From positions 4,752-68,751 of the forward strand of contig NZ_CALHHX010000168.1 in NCBI RefSeq assembly GCF_938030685.1: a DNA stretch of 64,000 bases. Direction: 5' to 3'. Below the pieces are notes generated by a model. It did no database searches, was not told the origin of the DNA, and saw only the letters and a list, made by a program, of their open reading frames with translations. The stretch is from an uncultured Campylobacter sp. Its GTDB lineage: Bacteria; Campylobacterota; Campylobacteria; Campylobacterales; Campylobacteraceae. Made by a program: the position numbers and the translations under genes. Shown one piece after another: positions 1 through 10,001 of the stretch. Position 1 is the first letter of the stretch; each line of letters starts with the position of its first letter.

Positions 1-570
1 GAGCAAGAGCCAGAATGCGCGGACGATCTGCCTAAAAATTCCGAAACCATCGCCGAGATATTAAATTTAGAAAATTTCAGCGGTGGCGATGAGGAGTTAT
101 ACGAGTATATGGCGAGCGAATTCGGAGCCATAGAAAAAATAGACGATGAAAGCGAAAAATACGCTTATGGCGGCAGGGCCTTCGAGCTATCTATCGTCGC
201 GGCGAGAATGGCGGAAAATTGGCGGCTGATTATGCAGCGTTACTCTGCGCGGCAGATAGACGAGCTACGCAAAATCATCATTAAGAGCGCGACTAATTTG
301 GCTGATTATTTTTTAAAGATCGGCGATAAAAAACAGCTTGCGTTCATCCATGAATTTTTAAACGATGATGCGGTGAGCATCGAAAAGGACGAGCCGTTTT
401 TATATGAAACGCTGGTGCGCGCGAGCTTGGAGCTGCAAGATTACGATAACGCTTACGCGTTAGCGTCCGTCATCGATAAAAAGTCCGAATTTTTGCCGCA
501 GGAGATGGCAAAAAGCATCGCGGACGTTATTAAAAGCGAAGGCTACCAGGCTTGGCTGGCAAAACAGTAG
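1..570 (+). CDS. Hypothetical helical (TPR-like) protein, 5' end outside the window
   Basis: Frame 1 is open from base 1 (EQEPECADDL...) through the 109..570 ORF to TAG; helical, acidic composition. Confidence 0.6.
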   Translation, partial: EQEPECADDLPKNSETIAEILNLENFSGGDEELYEYMASEFGAIEKIDDESEKYAYGGRAFELSIVAARMAENWRLIMQRYSARQIDELRKIIIKSATNLADYFLKIGDKKQLAFIHEFLNDDAVSIEKDEPFLYETLVRASLELQDYDNAYALASVIDKKSEFLPQEMAKSIADVIKSEGYQAWLAKQ

Positions 571-638
571 GTCCCGAAAAGTAAAATTTCATAAAATTTA
601 AATCCGTAAAATTTAACTCGCGAACATAGACTTAAATT

Positions 639-1274
639 TTACGGAAAATTCTTATCCTTGCTGTGGCACAGCTCGTTTAAAAAGCACTCCTTACAGTTCG
701 GCTTTATCGCCTTACAGGTGTAGCGACCGAAAAGCACCATGCCTTGGTGCAGCTTACCAAGATCTGTTTTAAAAGCCTCGCTAAGATCGCGCTCCGTAAG
801 CTCGGGCGTCTTTGCACGGCTCAGCCCTAGGCGATGCGCGACGCGAAAGACGTGCGTATCCACCGCCATCACGTTTGCGCCCGCGCCCTCCAAAAGCACG
901 ACGTGAGCGGTCTTTTGCCCCACGCCCGCAAGAGATTTGAGCCCCGCTTCATCAAGCGGCACGACGCCGTCAAAGTCGCTAACTACCGCCTGCGCCATTT
1001 TGATTAAATTTACCGCTTTGTTGTTGTAGAAATTGCACGAGCTGATTAGCAGCTTAACGCTTGCCAGATTGGCCTTTGCAAGCTCTGCAACGCTAGGGAA
1101 TTCCGCAAAAAAGCGCGGCGTGATCAAATTTACCCGCTTGTCGGTACACTGCGCGCTAAGCATCACGCAGACTAAAAGCTGATAGGTATCTTTAAATTTC
1201 AGCTCGCTGCGCTCTTCCGCGAAGTTTTGCAGAATTCTCTTTTTTATCTCTAAAATATCTTTTTTACTTCTCAT
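639..1274 (-). CDS. nth: Endonuclease III (HhH-GPD DNA glycosylase/AP lyase, 4Fe-4S)
   Basis: LLVCVMLSAQCTD, HhH LAGVGQKTA, VDTHVFR, C-terminal C-x6-C-x2-C-x5-C; second ATG is better spaced from GAGGA. Confidence 0.97.
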   Translation of the reverse strand: MRSKKDILEIKKRILQNFAEERSELKFKDTYQLLVCVMLSAQCTDKRVNLITPRFFAEFPSVAELAKANLASVKLLISSCNFYNNKAVNLIKMAQAVVSDFDGVVPLDEAGLKSLAGVGQKTAHVVLLEGAGANVMAVDTHVFRVAHRLGLSRAKTPELTERDLSEAFKTDLGKLHQGMVLFGRYTCKAIKPNCKECFLNELCHSKDKNFP

Positions 1275-1344
1275 TTGCATTTCCTCAAGGCGGAATTCTA
1301 CCCTAAAATTCTAAAGTACAGTTTGATTGTTAACAACTTTGAGT

Positions 1345-1350
1345 TATAAT
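1345..1350 (+). promoter_or_regulatory. sigma70 -10 box of the peb4-fbaA operon
   Basis: TATAAT about 30 bp upstream of the start codon, with an AAGGA RBS in between. Confidence 0.55.
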
Positions 1351-1379
1351 CGCCGTTAAAATTTTTTTAAGGAATTATG

Positions 1380-2189
1380 ATGAAAAAAGTTTTATTTACA
1401 GCAATTAGTTTGGCTGCTGCTATCAGCCTTAACGCTACTGTTTACGCTACCGTAAATGGCAAAGACGTAACCGAAAAAGAGCTTGCTCCGCTACTTCAAG
1501 GCATAGGCAATGTAGATATCGCCGCTCTTAATGCAGAGCAAAAAAAGGAGCTTATCGATAAAGGCATCGATCTGATGCTGCTAACGGATGAAGCTAAAAA
1601 ATCGGGCGTTATGGACGAAGACGTTTATAAAAAAGAGCTTGAAATCGTAAAAGATAACTTAGCGCTTCGTGTATGGCAGGCTAAAGAAGCTAGCAAAATA
1701 AATATCGACGATAAAGAAATAGGCGATTTTTATAACAAAAACAAAGCGCGCTTTACCGAGCCTGCGAGAATCAAAGCGGCTCAGATCGTCGTTAAAACCG
1801 AAGCTGAGGCAAACGATATCATTAAGCAGTTAAAAGGGCTTAGCGACAGTGCACTATTTACTAAATTTGCAGAGCTTGCCAAAGCTAAATCTATCGATCC
1901 GCAGGCTAAACAAACCGGCGGCGAGCTAGGCTGGATGCCTAGCGATCAGGTCAAGCCTTTTGCCGATGCGATCTCTAAGATAAAAGATGGTCAAATCACC
2001 ACTAAAGCGATTAAAAGCAGGGTCGGATATCACGTCGTGTTAAAAGAGGAGTCTCAAGCTAAAAAGCAGTTAAGTCAAAGCGAAGCAAAGCCTTTTATTG
2101 AGCGCGTGCTTAGACAGCAAAAAGCGGCGAAAGTAGTCGAGCAAAAAGCGGCAGATCTTCACAAAAACGCTAAAATCGAGTATAAATAA
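1380..2189 (+). CDS. peb4: Periplasmic parvulin-type peptidyl-prolyl isomerase/chaperone (PEB4/Cbf2)
   Basis: Signal peptide, ATVNGKDVT, parvulin motifs FAELAKAKSID...GGELGW...GYHVV; sits between nth and fba as in C. jejuni. Confidence 0.9.
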   Translation: MKKVLFTAISLAAAISLNATVYATVNGKDVTEKELAPLLQGIGNVDIAALNAEQKKELIDKGIDLMLLTDEAKKSGVMDEDVYKKELEIVKDNLALRVWQAKEASKINIDDKEIGDFYNKNKARFTEPARIKAAQIVVKTEAEANDIIKQLKGLSDSALFTKFAELAKAKSIDPQAKQTGGELGWMPSDQVKPFADAISKIKDGQITTKAIKSRVGYHVVLKEESQAKKQLSQSEAKPFIERVLRQQKAAKVVEQKAADLHKNAKIEYK

Positions 2190-2203
2190 TATAGGAGCTA
2201 AAA

Positions 2204-3268
2204 ATGGGCGTTTTAGATATAGTAAAACCGGGCGTTTTAAGTGGCGATGACGTAAGTAAAGTCTATGCGTATGCGAAGCAGCAGGGCTTTGCGATCCCTG
2301 CGGTAAACGTAGTGGGATCAAATTCCATAAACGCCGTCTTGGAAAGCGCTAAAATCGCAAATTCGCCCGTTATTATTCAGTTTAGCAACGGCGGCGCAGC
2401 GTTTTATGCGGGCGCTACTTGCCCTAATGCCGCAGTTTTAGGCGCTATTGCAGGCGCGCGCCAGGTGCATGCTCTGGCAGCTCATTATGGCGTTGCGGTG
2501 ATTTTGCATACTGATCATGCCGCGAGGAAGCTGCTTCCGTGGATCGACGAGCTCATCGAAGCTAATGCCGCTCATAAAAAAGCTCACGGCGTGCCGCTGT
2601 TTAGCTCGCATATGCTCGATCTTAGCGAGGATGATTTGGAGCTAAATTTAGCGACCTGCGAGAAGTATTTGGAAATTTTAAGCGATCTTGGAATTTCGCT
2701 TGAGATCGAGCTTGGCGTCACAGGCGGCGAAGAGGACGGCGTCGATAATACCGGCGTCGATAACGCGCGGCTTTACACCCAGCCCGCAGATGTCGCGCTT
2801 GCCTACGAGCGACTTGGCAAAATCAGCGATAGATTCAGCATTGCAGCGAGCTTCGGCAACGTCCACGGCGTGTATAAGCCGGGCAACGTCGTGCTGCGAC
2901 CCGAAATTTTAAAAAATTCTCAAAAATTCGTGCGCGAGAAATTTAATCTGCAATCCGAAAAGCCCGTAAATTTCGTCTTTCATGGCGGCAGCGGCAGCGA
3001 TACCTCCGACATCAAGGCAGCCGTAAGCTACGGCGTAGTTAAGATGAATATCGACACCGACACGCAGTGGGCATTTTGGGACGGCGTGCGCGCTTATGAG
3101 GTCAAAAATCGCGGCTATTTGCAGGCTCAAATCGGCAATCCGGAAGGTGAGGATAAACCGAATAAAAAATTCTACGATCCTCGCAAGTGGCTGAGGGCAG
3201 GCGAGCAGAGTATGGTGGCGCGCTTGCAGGTCGCATTTGACAATCTAAATTGCCTAAATAGGAACTAA
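2204..3268 (+). CDS. fbaA: Class II fructose-bisphosphate aldolase
   Basis: ILHTDHA, SHMLDLSE, ELGVTGGEEDG, FGNVHGVYKPG, FVFHGGSG, KMNIDTDTQWA. Confidence 0.98.
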   Translation: MGVLDIVKPGVLSGDDVSKVYAYAKQQGFAIPAVNVVGSNSINAVLESAKIANSPVIIQFSNGGAAFYAGATCPNAAVLGAIAGARQVHALAAHYGVAVILHTDHAARKLLPWIDELIEANAAHKKAHGVPLFSSHMLDLSEDDLELNLATCEKYLEILSDLGISLEIELGVTGGEEDGVDNTGVDNARLYTQPADVALAYERLGKISDRFSIAASFGNVHGVYKPGNVVLRPEILKNSQKFVREKFNLQSEKPVNFVFHGGSGSDTSDIKAAVSYGVVKMNIDTDTQWAFWDGVRAYEVKNRGYLQAQIGNPEGEDKPNKKFYDPRKWLRAGEQSMVARLQVAFDNLNCLNRN

Positions 3269-3269
3269 T

Positions 3270-4559
3270 ATGGATCGCCCGAATAACGAAGTGCTCGATA
3301 TCACGCTACCTGAGGCGAAGGAGCGCTCGCTAGCGGGCGTTTTTTTTAAGATCGCAGCTCTGCCGATCGCGGTTTTTGTGGTGTTTTTGCTGGGCTATTT
3401 GGGGCTTATCGGGCTGAAGGTAGAGACGCACTCGATCCTAATGCTTGCGGTTTTGCTCATTATTGCACTAATTTTAGCTCGTCATAATGCAGAATATGGC
3501 TGCTTAAATTTTCAAAATAATATCGATGATTTCAAGCGAGAGCTAAAAAATTACATCGTCGCCAATCTCCTAAGCATTGGCGGTAAGAAAAAATCCGATG
3601 CCAGCTTTGATCTTTTTGTGGACGAATACGGCTATTCGCTGCGTAATCAAAACTACGCTTCCGTCGCATCGGCAGTCTTTCCGATGCTTGGAATTTTAGG
3701 AACTTTCATCTCGATTGCGATTTCGATGCCACACTTTTCCTCAAGTAATATTGATGGGCTCGAAACCGAGATCGCGCAGCTTCTAGGCGGCGTAGGTACA
3801 GCATTTTACGTCTCGATCTATGGAATCTTTTTGGCGCTTTGGTGGATATATTTTGAGAAAAAGGGCATTAGCAAATATGAGCGCCTGCTCATCAAATACA
3901 AAAATTCCACTAAAAATTTTTTCTGGAACAAAGACGAAATAACACAGGGCTATCTGAGTGAAATTTTAAACGCTAATTCTGAAATTTCGCGCTCATTTGC
4001 GATGATGAGCTCTACGAATTTTACCGAAAGGCTAAACCGCCTAATCGATGAAAAAATCGGCGCTTTTGAAAGCGTGATGGAAGCTGAGAAGCGAAGTATG
4101 GCGATTACACAAGAAGAGCTTGAAAAAGCAGGAGAGATGGTCCAAAGGACAAATCTCGCTCACGGCGAGTTAGATAAGAGCTTCGCTCAAATTTTATCTG
4201 CGCTCAAGTCCGTGTCTGCAAGCCTAATCGAAATTCAAAACGGAATTTCCGCGCAGTATCTAAGCCAGTCCAAGGCTTTAACGGACGGACAAGGCGAGCT
4301 GGCTAACGTTACGAATGCATTAAGCGCTCAAATAAAGAGCCTAAATGCCTCCTTAGGTGGGTTTGCGGGCGAAATTTCAAGTTCGCAGAATGCTTACGCC
4401 GCTAAAATTGACGCTAGCTTTAAAGGGCTAAGCGCGGATTTGAAGGCACTTTTAGGTGGAGAGGGCGCTGCGCGGACGAGCAACGAAAGCATCATCGAAG
4501 AGCTTCGAAAAACGCTTGCGAGCATCGATGAAAAAGCACTTTTAGATGAAAACGAATAA
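3270..4559 (+). CDS. MotA/TolQ/ExbB proton-channel family protein with long C-terminal helical tail (Cj0598-like; ZorA-like architecture)
   Basis: TM segments with PMLGILGTFISI and GVGTAFYVSIYGI, followed by a ~230-aa amphipathic tail. Confidence 0.85.
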   Translation: MDRPNNEVLDITLPEAKERSLAGVFFKIAALPIAVFVVFLLGYLGLIGLKVETHSILMLAVLLIIALILARHNAEYGCLNFQNNIDDFKRELKNYIVANLLSIGGKKKSDASFDLFVDEYGYSLRNQNYASVASAVFPMLGILGTFISIAISMPHFSSSNIDGLETEIAQLLGGVGTAFYVSIYGIFLALWWIYFEKKGISKYERLLIKYKNSTKNFFWNKDEITQGYLSEILNANSEISRSFAMMSSTNFTERLNRLIDEKIGAFESVMEAEKRSMAITQEELEKAGEMVQRTNLAHGELDKSFAQILSALKSVSASLIEIQNGISAQYLSQSKALTDGQGELANVTNALSAQIKSLNASLGGFAGEISSSQNAYAAKIDASFKGLSADLKALLGGEGAARTSNESIIEELRKTLASIDEKALLDENE

Positions 4560-5568
4560 CGAAGAAAAAGAGACCTTTTGGATCGCGTACGCCGATTTGA
4601 TGGCGGGGCTGCTTTTTGTTTTCGTGCTTTTAGTAGGCGGCATCATCGTCAAATACTTCCTCACGCAAAGCAACCTGCAGGAGAAAGAAAGCCAAATTTC
4701 AAGTGCGCTAGCAAGCCTGCAAAGCCAGGAGAAAAAAAGCGCCGAGCTTGAAGCGCTGAATAAAATTTTTAGCGACCAGCTTGAGAAGCTGAACATAGAA
4801 AACACCGACCTTCGCAAGCAAAATTCCATCTACTTCATACAGATCGAAGATCTAACCGAGATGGCGGAGAAGCTGAAAAAAGAGAATTTAGACATCAACT
4901 CGCTTCTGCAAAAAGTGCGCGACGACGCCAACGCTACGATCAGCCAAAACGAGCTTAAAATCGCCTTTTTACTCGATCAGCTTACGCAGAAGCAGAGCGA
5001 TTTTAATAAAATTTTACAGGACCTCAACGTCACGAAAAACCGCATCCGCAACCTCACCGGAATGAAGGTCAAGATCATCGCCGATCTGAAGGAGAAGCTG
5101 GGCGGCAAGATCCGCATCGACAACGAAAGCGGCGCGATGACGCTAAGCTCGTCGATCCTTTTCGACAAAGGCTCAAGCGAGCTTAAAGAGGGCGCCAAAG
5201 AGGCGCTCCGCTCGACGCTGCAGAGCTATTTTGCCGCGCTTTTGAATAACGATGAAATTCGCGAAAATTTAGATCAGATCATCATCGAGGGGCACACGGA
5301 CAGCGACGGCGGGTATTTGTATAACTTAGAGCTCTCGCAAAACAGGGCGTTTGCGGTGATGGATTTCATCAATTCGTGGAATAAAGATGAGCGGCTGCAA
5401 AAATATCTCATCGCCAGCGGTCGCAGCTACACGCAGCCCGTGATGCGCAGAGGCGTCGAGGACAAGGACGCCAGCCGCCGCATCGAGATCAAATTTACTC
5501 TCTCAAACAAAGAGGCGATGGAGGAGATCAGGAAATTTTTGCAGTTCGACGCGAACGCTACGAATTAG
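4546..5568 (+). CDS. MotB/OmpA-domain protein (Cj0599-like; ZorB-like architecture)
   Basis: FWIAYADLM TM helix with conserved Asp, coiled coil, OmpA domain IEGHTD...NLELSQNRA...SRRIEI; overlaps upstream gene. Confidence 0.88.
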   Translation: MKTNNEEKETFWIAYADLMAGLLFVFVLLVGGIIVKYFLTQSNLQEKESQISSALASLQSQEKKSAELEALNKIFSDQLEKLNIENTDLRKQNSIYFIQIEDLTEMAEKLKKENLDINSLLQKVRDDANATISQNELKIAFLLDQLTQKQSDFNKILQDLNVTKNRIRNLTGMKVKIIADLKEKLGGKIRIDNESGAMTLSSSILFDKGSSELKEGAKEALRSTLQSYFAALLNNDEIRENLDQIIIEGHTDSDGGYLYNLELSQNRAFAVMDFINSWNKDERLQKYLIASGRSYTQPVMRRGVEDKDASRRIEIKFTLSNKEAMEEIRKFLQFDANATN

Positions 5569-5887
5569 AAGCTCGCCCTTAACGGCTCGCTCGAAATTTT
5601 AGCCCGCAAAGGGGAGAGCTTAAAATTTTAAAATTCCTAAAGAATTAACGGCTCATCTGAAATTTTAACGGCGGCGGAGCGCATCCCTTTATTTTAGCAC
5701 GAATGTCGTATTTGGCGGCTTGCTAAATTTTACGCAGTGCCTACGCAGCATCTGCCGCGGCGGAATGGGTTTAAATTTTAAGTCCGCGCATTTTGCGCGC
5801 TTTTAGTGTTGCCCTGCGGATGATATAGTCTAAATTTAGATCTTTAAATTTAAGCGGATTTCGCGAGCGGTTTAAAATTTAAATGGA

Positions 5888-6934
5888 TTAAAAGCCTTGT
5901 TCGTTTAGCTTTCTATATCCGTCACAACCGGCTTTGGATCCCAAAGCGCAAGCCTTATTTAAATATTTTTTTGCAGTATTCGCGTCCTGCCCCACGCCTT
6001 TGCCATAGAAATATAAAACTCCGAGATTATAACAGCTGTCGCCAAATCCCAAGTCGCAAGCCTCAGAATATAATTCGTTTGCTTTTTTATAATCTTGATT
6101 CACACCCTTACCTAAATTATATAAAACACCCATATTGTAGCATCCTTTGGCCATTCCTAAATTGCAAGCTTTAGAATATAATTCGAACGCTTTCTTGTAA
6201 TTTTGTTTTACGCCACTGCCATCTTCATATGAAGCTCCAAGATTATAACACCCTTCGGCAATCTCCAAATCGCAGGCCTTAGAATAGAATTGATTTGCTT
6301 TTTGGTAGTCTTGCTTTACGCTGCCATCTCCTTTTTCGTATAAAACTCCAAGATTATGACAGCTTTCGCCATGTTTCAAATCGCAAGCTTTTGAATATAG
6401 CTCGCTTGCTTTTTTGTAGTTCTGTTCTACGCCTTCGCCAGATGCATATAAAAGCCCGAGATTGTAGCATCCGTCACCTTCTTGCAAATCGCAAGCTTTG
6501 GAAAGCAGTTCAGTCGCCTTTTTGTAATCTTTCTTTACCCCTTTGCCTGAGTAGTATAAAACACCCAGATTGCCGCAAGCTATGCTATTTTTTAAGTCGC
6601 AAGCCTTAGAATATAGTTCGGCCGCTTTTTTATAATCTTGTTCTGCGCCCTTGCCGTATTCGTATGACGCCCCTAAGGTAGTGCAACCCCAGCCATCGCC
6701 CAAATTACAGGCTTTAGAATTTAGCTCTTTTGCTTTCTCATAATCCTGCTTCACACCATCCCCTGAATAGTATGCCATGGCGAGATTTACGCATGCTAAG
6801 GTGTTGTTGCTATCGCATTCGCTTTGCAACTTGCTTATACCGGGATCGTCTTGTTCTGCCGACGACAAAGCCGTGGCCCCCGCCGACGATACAGCCGCCG
6901 CCGTGGCGATCAGCGCTAAAAATATCTTTTTCAT
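5888..6934 (-). CDS. Secreted Sel1-like repeat, cysteine-rich (Hcp-type) protein
   Basis: Signal peptide then about 8 repeats of 36 aa: C-x-NLG-x-LY-x-G-x-GV-x-Q(D/N)YKKA-x-ELYSKACDL. Confidence 0.92.
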   Translation of the reverse strand: MKKIFLALIATAAAVSSAGATALSSAEQDDPGISKLQSECDSNNTLACVNLAMAYYSGDGVKQDYEKAKELNSKACNLGDGWGCTTLGASYEYGKGAEQDYKKAAELYSKACDLKNSIACGNLGVLYYSGKGVKKDYKKATELLSKACDLQEGDGCYNLGLLYASGEGVEQNYKKASELYSKACDLKHGESCHNLGVLYEKGDGSVKQDYQKANQFYSKACDLEIAEGCYNLGASYEDGSGVKQNYKKAFELYSKACNLGMAKGCYNMGVLYNLGKGVNQDYKKANELYSEACDLGFGDSCYNLGVLYFYGKGVGQDANTAKKYLNKACALGSKAGCDGYRKLNEQGF

Positions 6935-7081
6935 ACATCACTCCGTCTGAAATTTAGGCTATTTTATTTCATTTTCGCTTAATCTTTTGAAAATCGGCGA
7001 GCTATAAATTTGCGCGGTCGCAAGCTTAAAGGCGAAATTTAGCAAAAAGCGTTAAAATTCCAAGCATTACAAGGAGCAAAA

Positions 7082-8371
7082 ATGAAAATTTTAAAAAGCA
7101 CGAAGGCAAATTTCAAAGAGGAGTTTGCAAGGCTGGTGCGCCGCGGCGAGACGGATATGAGATCGGTAATGCCCGTCGTAAGCGGCATCATCGAGGAGAT
7201 CAGAGCGCGCGGCGATGAGGCGCTGAGCGAGCAGATAGAGAAATTTGACAGATGGCGCGTGCAGGGCGATCTGGCTATCACGCAAGAGCAGATGAGCCGT
7301 GCCTACGAAGGTCTAAGCGCAGAGCTTAAAAACGCGCTACAGGTCGCATACGAGCGCATCTACGCTTATCATGAAAAACAGCTTGAGAGAAGCTGGTTTA
7401 GCTTCGATCCAAGCGGCGCGATGCTTGGGCAAAAGATCACGCCGGTAGATCGCGCGGGGCTGTATATCCCTGGCGGCAAGGCGGCGTATCCAAGCTCGCT
7501 TCTGATGAACGCTATCCCGGCAATCGTCGCGGGCGTGGAGGATATCAGCGTCTGCACCCCCGCCGTGGGCGGCACCGTAAATGAGCTACTGCTTGCGGCG
7601 ATGCATGTGCTGGGGATCAAAAAGGCCTACAAGGTGGGCGGCGCAAGCGCGATCGCGGCGATGGCATACGGTACGCGCACGATCGGCAAGGTCGATGTCA
7701 TCACAGGCCCTGGGAATATCTTCGTCGCAACCGCTAAAAAACTCGTGTTTGGCGACGTGAATATCGATATGATCGCGGGCCCTAGCGAAGTGGGCATCAT
7801 CGCAAACGCTGCGGCAAATCCGCGCAACATCGCCGTGGATCTGCTTAGCCAAGCCGAGCACGACGAGATCGCAAGCAGCTTTTTGATAAGCGACGATGAA
7901 AAATTCGCTCTTGCCGTCGCAGAGCACATCGAGCGCGAGCTGCCTACGCTCGCGCGCGAGCCGATCGCTCGCGCCAGCGTGCAAAACAAGGGCGCAATCA
8001 TCATCGCGCGCGATATGAACGAATGCGTGGGGCTAATGAACGAGCTTGCGGTCGAGCACCTCGAGATCGCGACCGAGAACGCCTACGAGCTGCTTCCGCG
8101 CATACGCCACGCAGGCGCGATATTTTTGGGCCACTACACGCCAGAGGCGATGGGCGATTATCTCGCAGGCCCTAACCACACGTTGCCGACCGGCGGAAGC
8201 GCGCGATTTTTTTCGCCTTTGGGGGTTTATAACTTCATCAAACGAAGCTCGATCATAGCGCTAAATAAGTGCGCCATAGATGAGCTCGGAGGCGCGTGCA
8301 TGGCGCTAGCGGACGCAGAGGGGCTCGGCGCGCATAAAAAATCGGTGCAGATCAGATTTGATGAGAAGTGA
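7082..8371 (+). CDS. hisD: Histidinol dehydrogenase
   Basis: GLYIPGG, GPGNIFV, IDMIAGPSE, DLLSQAEHD, EHLE, GDYLAGPNHTLPT. Confidence 0.98.
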   Translation: MKILKSTKANFKEEFARLVRRGETDMRSVMPVVSGIIEEIRARGDEALSEQIEKFDRWRVQGDLAITQEQMSRAYEGLSAELKNALQVAYERIYAYHEKQLERSWFSFDPSGAMLGQKITPVDRAGLYIPGGKAAYPSSLLMNAIPAIVAGVEDISVCTPAVGGTVNELLLAAMHVLGIKKAYKVGGASAIAAMAYGTRTIGKVDVITGPGNIFVATAKKLVFGDVNIDMIAGPSEVGIIANAAANPRNIAVDLLSQAEHDEIASSFLISDDEKFALAVAEHIERELPTLAREPIARASVQNKGAIIIARDMNECVGLMNELAVEHLEIATENAYELLPRIRHAGAIFLGHYTPEAMGDYLAGPNHTLPTGGSARFFSPLGVYNFIKRSSIIALNKCAIDELGGACMALADAEGLGAHKKSVQIRFDEK

Positions 8372-8628
8372 TTTTACGCTGCAACCCCAAGAGGCGGCGA
8401 GGACCGAATTTTAAAGAGCACCGGCGGCAGTTGCGAAACCAAAAGCTGAAATTTTAAAATTTAAAGATGAGTTAAATTTTAAAAAACGTAAGCGTCGCAG
8501 CGAGAGTAAAATTTTAAAATTTCAAAAGCGCTATAAATTTAAAAAAATAGCCGTATTTGATTAAAATTTAAGGCAAATTTACTAAGCGAAATGATATACT
8601 TTCGCTGATTTTTTACAAGGAGAGAAAA

Positions 8629-8919
8629 ATGAAAAAATCACTTTTAGTTTTGGCTAGTTTTGGCTTTGCGCTAAGTCTTAGCGCCGCAGATCTTTCAGAT
8701 AGCTGCAAAGAGTACTTCGCAGAGCTTGATAAGATGGTTGATACCTACAAACAAGCGGGTCAAGAGCAGCAGGTCAAGATGTATGAGGATCAAAAAAAGC
8801 AGTCTATGGATCAGATCAGCGCACTTCCTAAGGAGCAGCAAGAGGCCACTTGCAAACAAGCTAAAGAGATATTTAAGCAGATGATGGATCAGATGAAACA
8901 ACAAGGCGCTATGAAATAA
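8629..8919 (+). CDS. Small secreted helical protein with a Cys pair (DUF5339-like)
   Basis: AAGGAG RBS, signal peptide, LSDSCKEYF...QEATCKQA. Confidence 0.75.
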   Translation: MKKSLLVLASFGFALSLSAADLSDSCKEYFAELDKMVDTYKQAGQEQQVKMYEDQKKQSMDQISALPKEQQEATCKQAKEIFKQMMDQMKQQGAMK

Positions 8920-9382
8920 ATACCTTCGCGGGCATGATGATGCCTTCTTCAGTCGCGGCGATGCGATATCGTCGCGATTAATTCTTTTTAAACTCACACT
9001 TTTATTTTAAAAATTTTTAAATTTTAAAATTTGGATGTTTTATCCTCGCTGCTTTCGGGGCGCACCAAGAATTTCAGATTTGATATTTAGCTTGTTGCAG
9101 GAAGTCAAAACCAATAAAGCGCTCGTCGTCGTTAAAATGCTCCGCAAGGCGACGCATCTTAGTGGGACGCTGCGGTGCACCAAAGATTTACGAGCCGTTT
9201 TGGCGCGGCTCGAAACAGCGCCTCATCAATATGATGAATTCGAGGCTCGGTTTGAGCGTTATTTTATCGCGATTTGAAATAGCTGGGCTCATAGATAGAG
9301 CAAATTCGCGTCTCAGTTTGCGGCTCTGCTTATGAATTTACGGCTTTACGACCAAAAACATCTCGCAAGATCGGCTTGGATT

Positions 9383-10001
9383 TTAATCCTTAGTAACGAT
9401 CGTGCCGTTTTGTATTTCGTGCACGCAGACATTTCTGTGCAGCTCTTTATCGCTATCAAAAGTATAGTAGTGCGTTGTTACTGTGCAGCGTAAATCGGCG
9501 TCGATGACGAACTCCTGCTTGGCGCGCATCGGCGGCTTGCTTTTACCGCAGTGCACGTAATCGGCGTAAATTTCGCGACAATCGCTTATACGAAATGCGT
9601 CGTTTAAAAGGCACATAAAAACATATTCGTGCCCGTGCTTGCTATCTTGGAAATCCCCCAGATAAAGCCTTAGCAGAATTGTTTTGGCGCTCTTTTTTTG
9701 GCAAACGACAAGCCCTTATGTCTTTGATCCTCTCCCAATACGCGCTTAGATTGTCGATTAAAAAGTTCTCCTTTGCGAACGAAAACAGCTCATTTTTATC
9801 AAGTAAATTTTTATCGATAGCCGCTAAGGGCGAAATTTCTCCCGGATAGCGTATCGGCAGTTGCGCGATCGGCAGATCGTCGTAAATATCTTTCATACTC
9901 TGATAAATCTCCGGTCGCGGCGCATCGCCTCCCTTAGCCGCAGCATTTTCCATGCCGCATAGCGCAAGTAGACACAGCAAAAATATCCACACCTTTTTCA
10001 T
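9383..10001 (-). pseudogene. Secreted hypothetical protein split by a +1 frameshift in an A7 run
   Basis: Deleting one A from the run at 9693-9699 fuses ORFs 9642..10052 and 9383..9616 (...LPKKSAKTILLRLYLGDFQDSKHGHEYVFMCLLND...); signal peptide MKKVWIFLLCLLALC. Confidence 0.7.

Noticed and set aside
3270..5568. Complete Zorya defence system
   Set aside because: No zorC, zorD or zorE nearby; the pair occupies a conserved core position after fbaA
9035..9300. 80-aa plus-strand ORF, and minus-strand fragments (LVNLW...RLAEHFNDDERFIGFDFL) faintly like a GH5 glycoside hydrolase segment
   Set aside because: No RBS for the plus ORF; fragments are short, in different frames and lack the NEP catalytic motif; only blastx could rescue this
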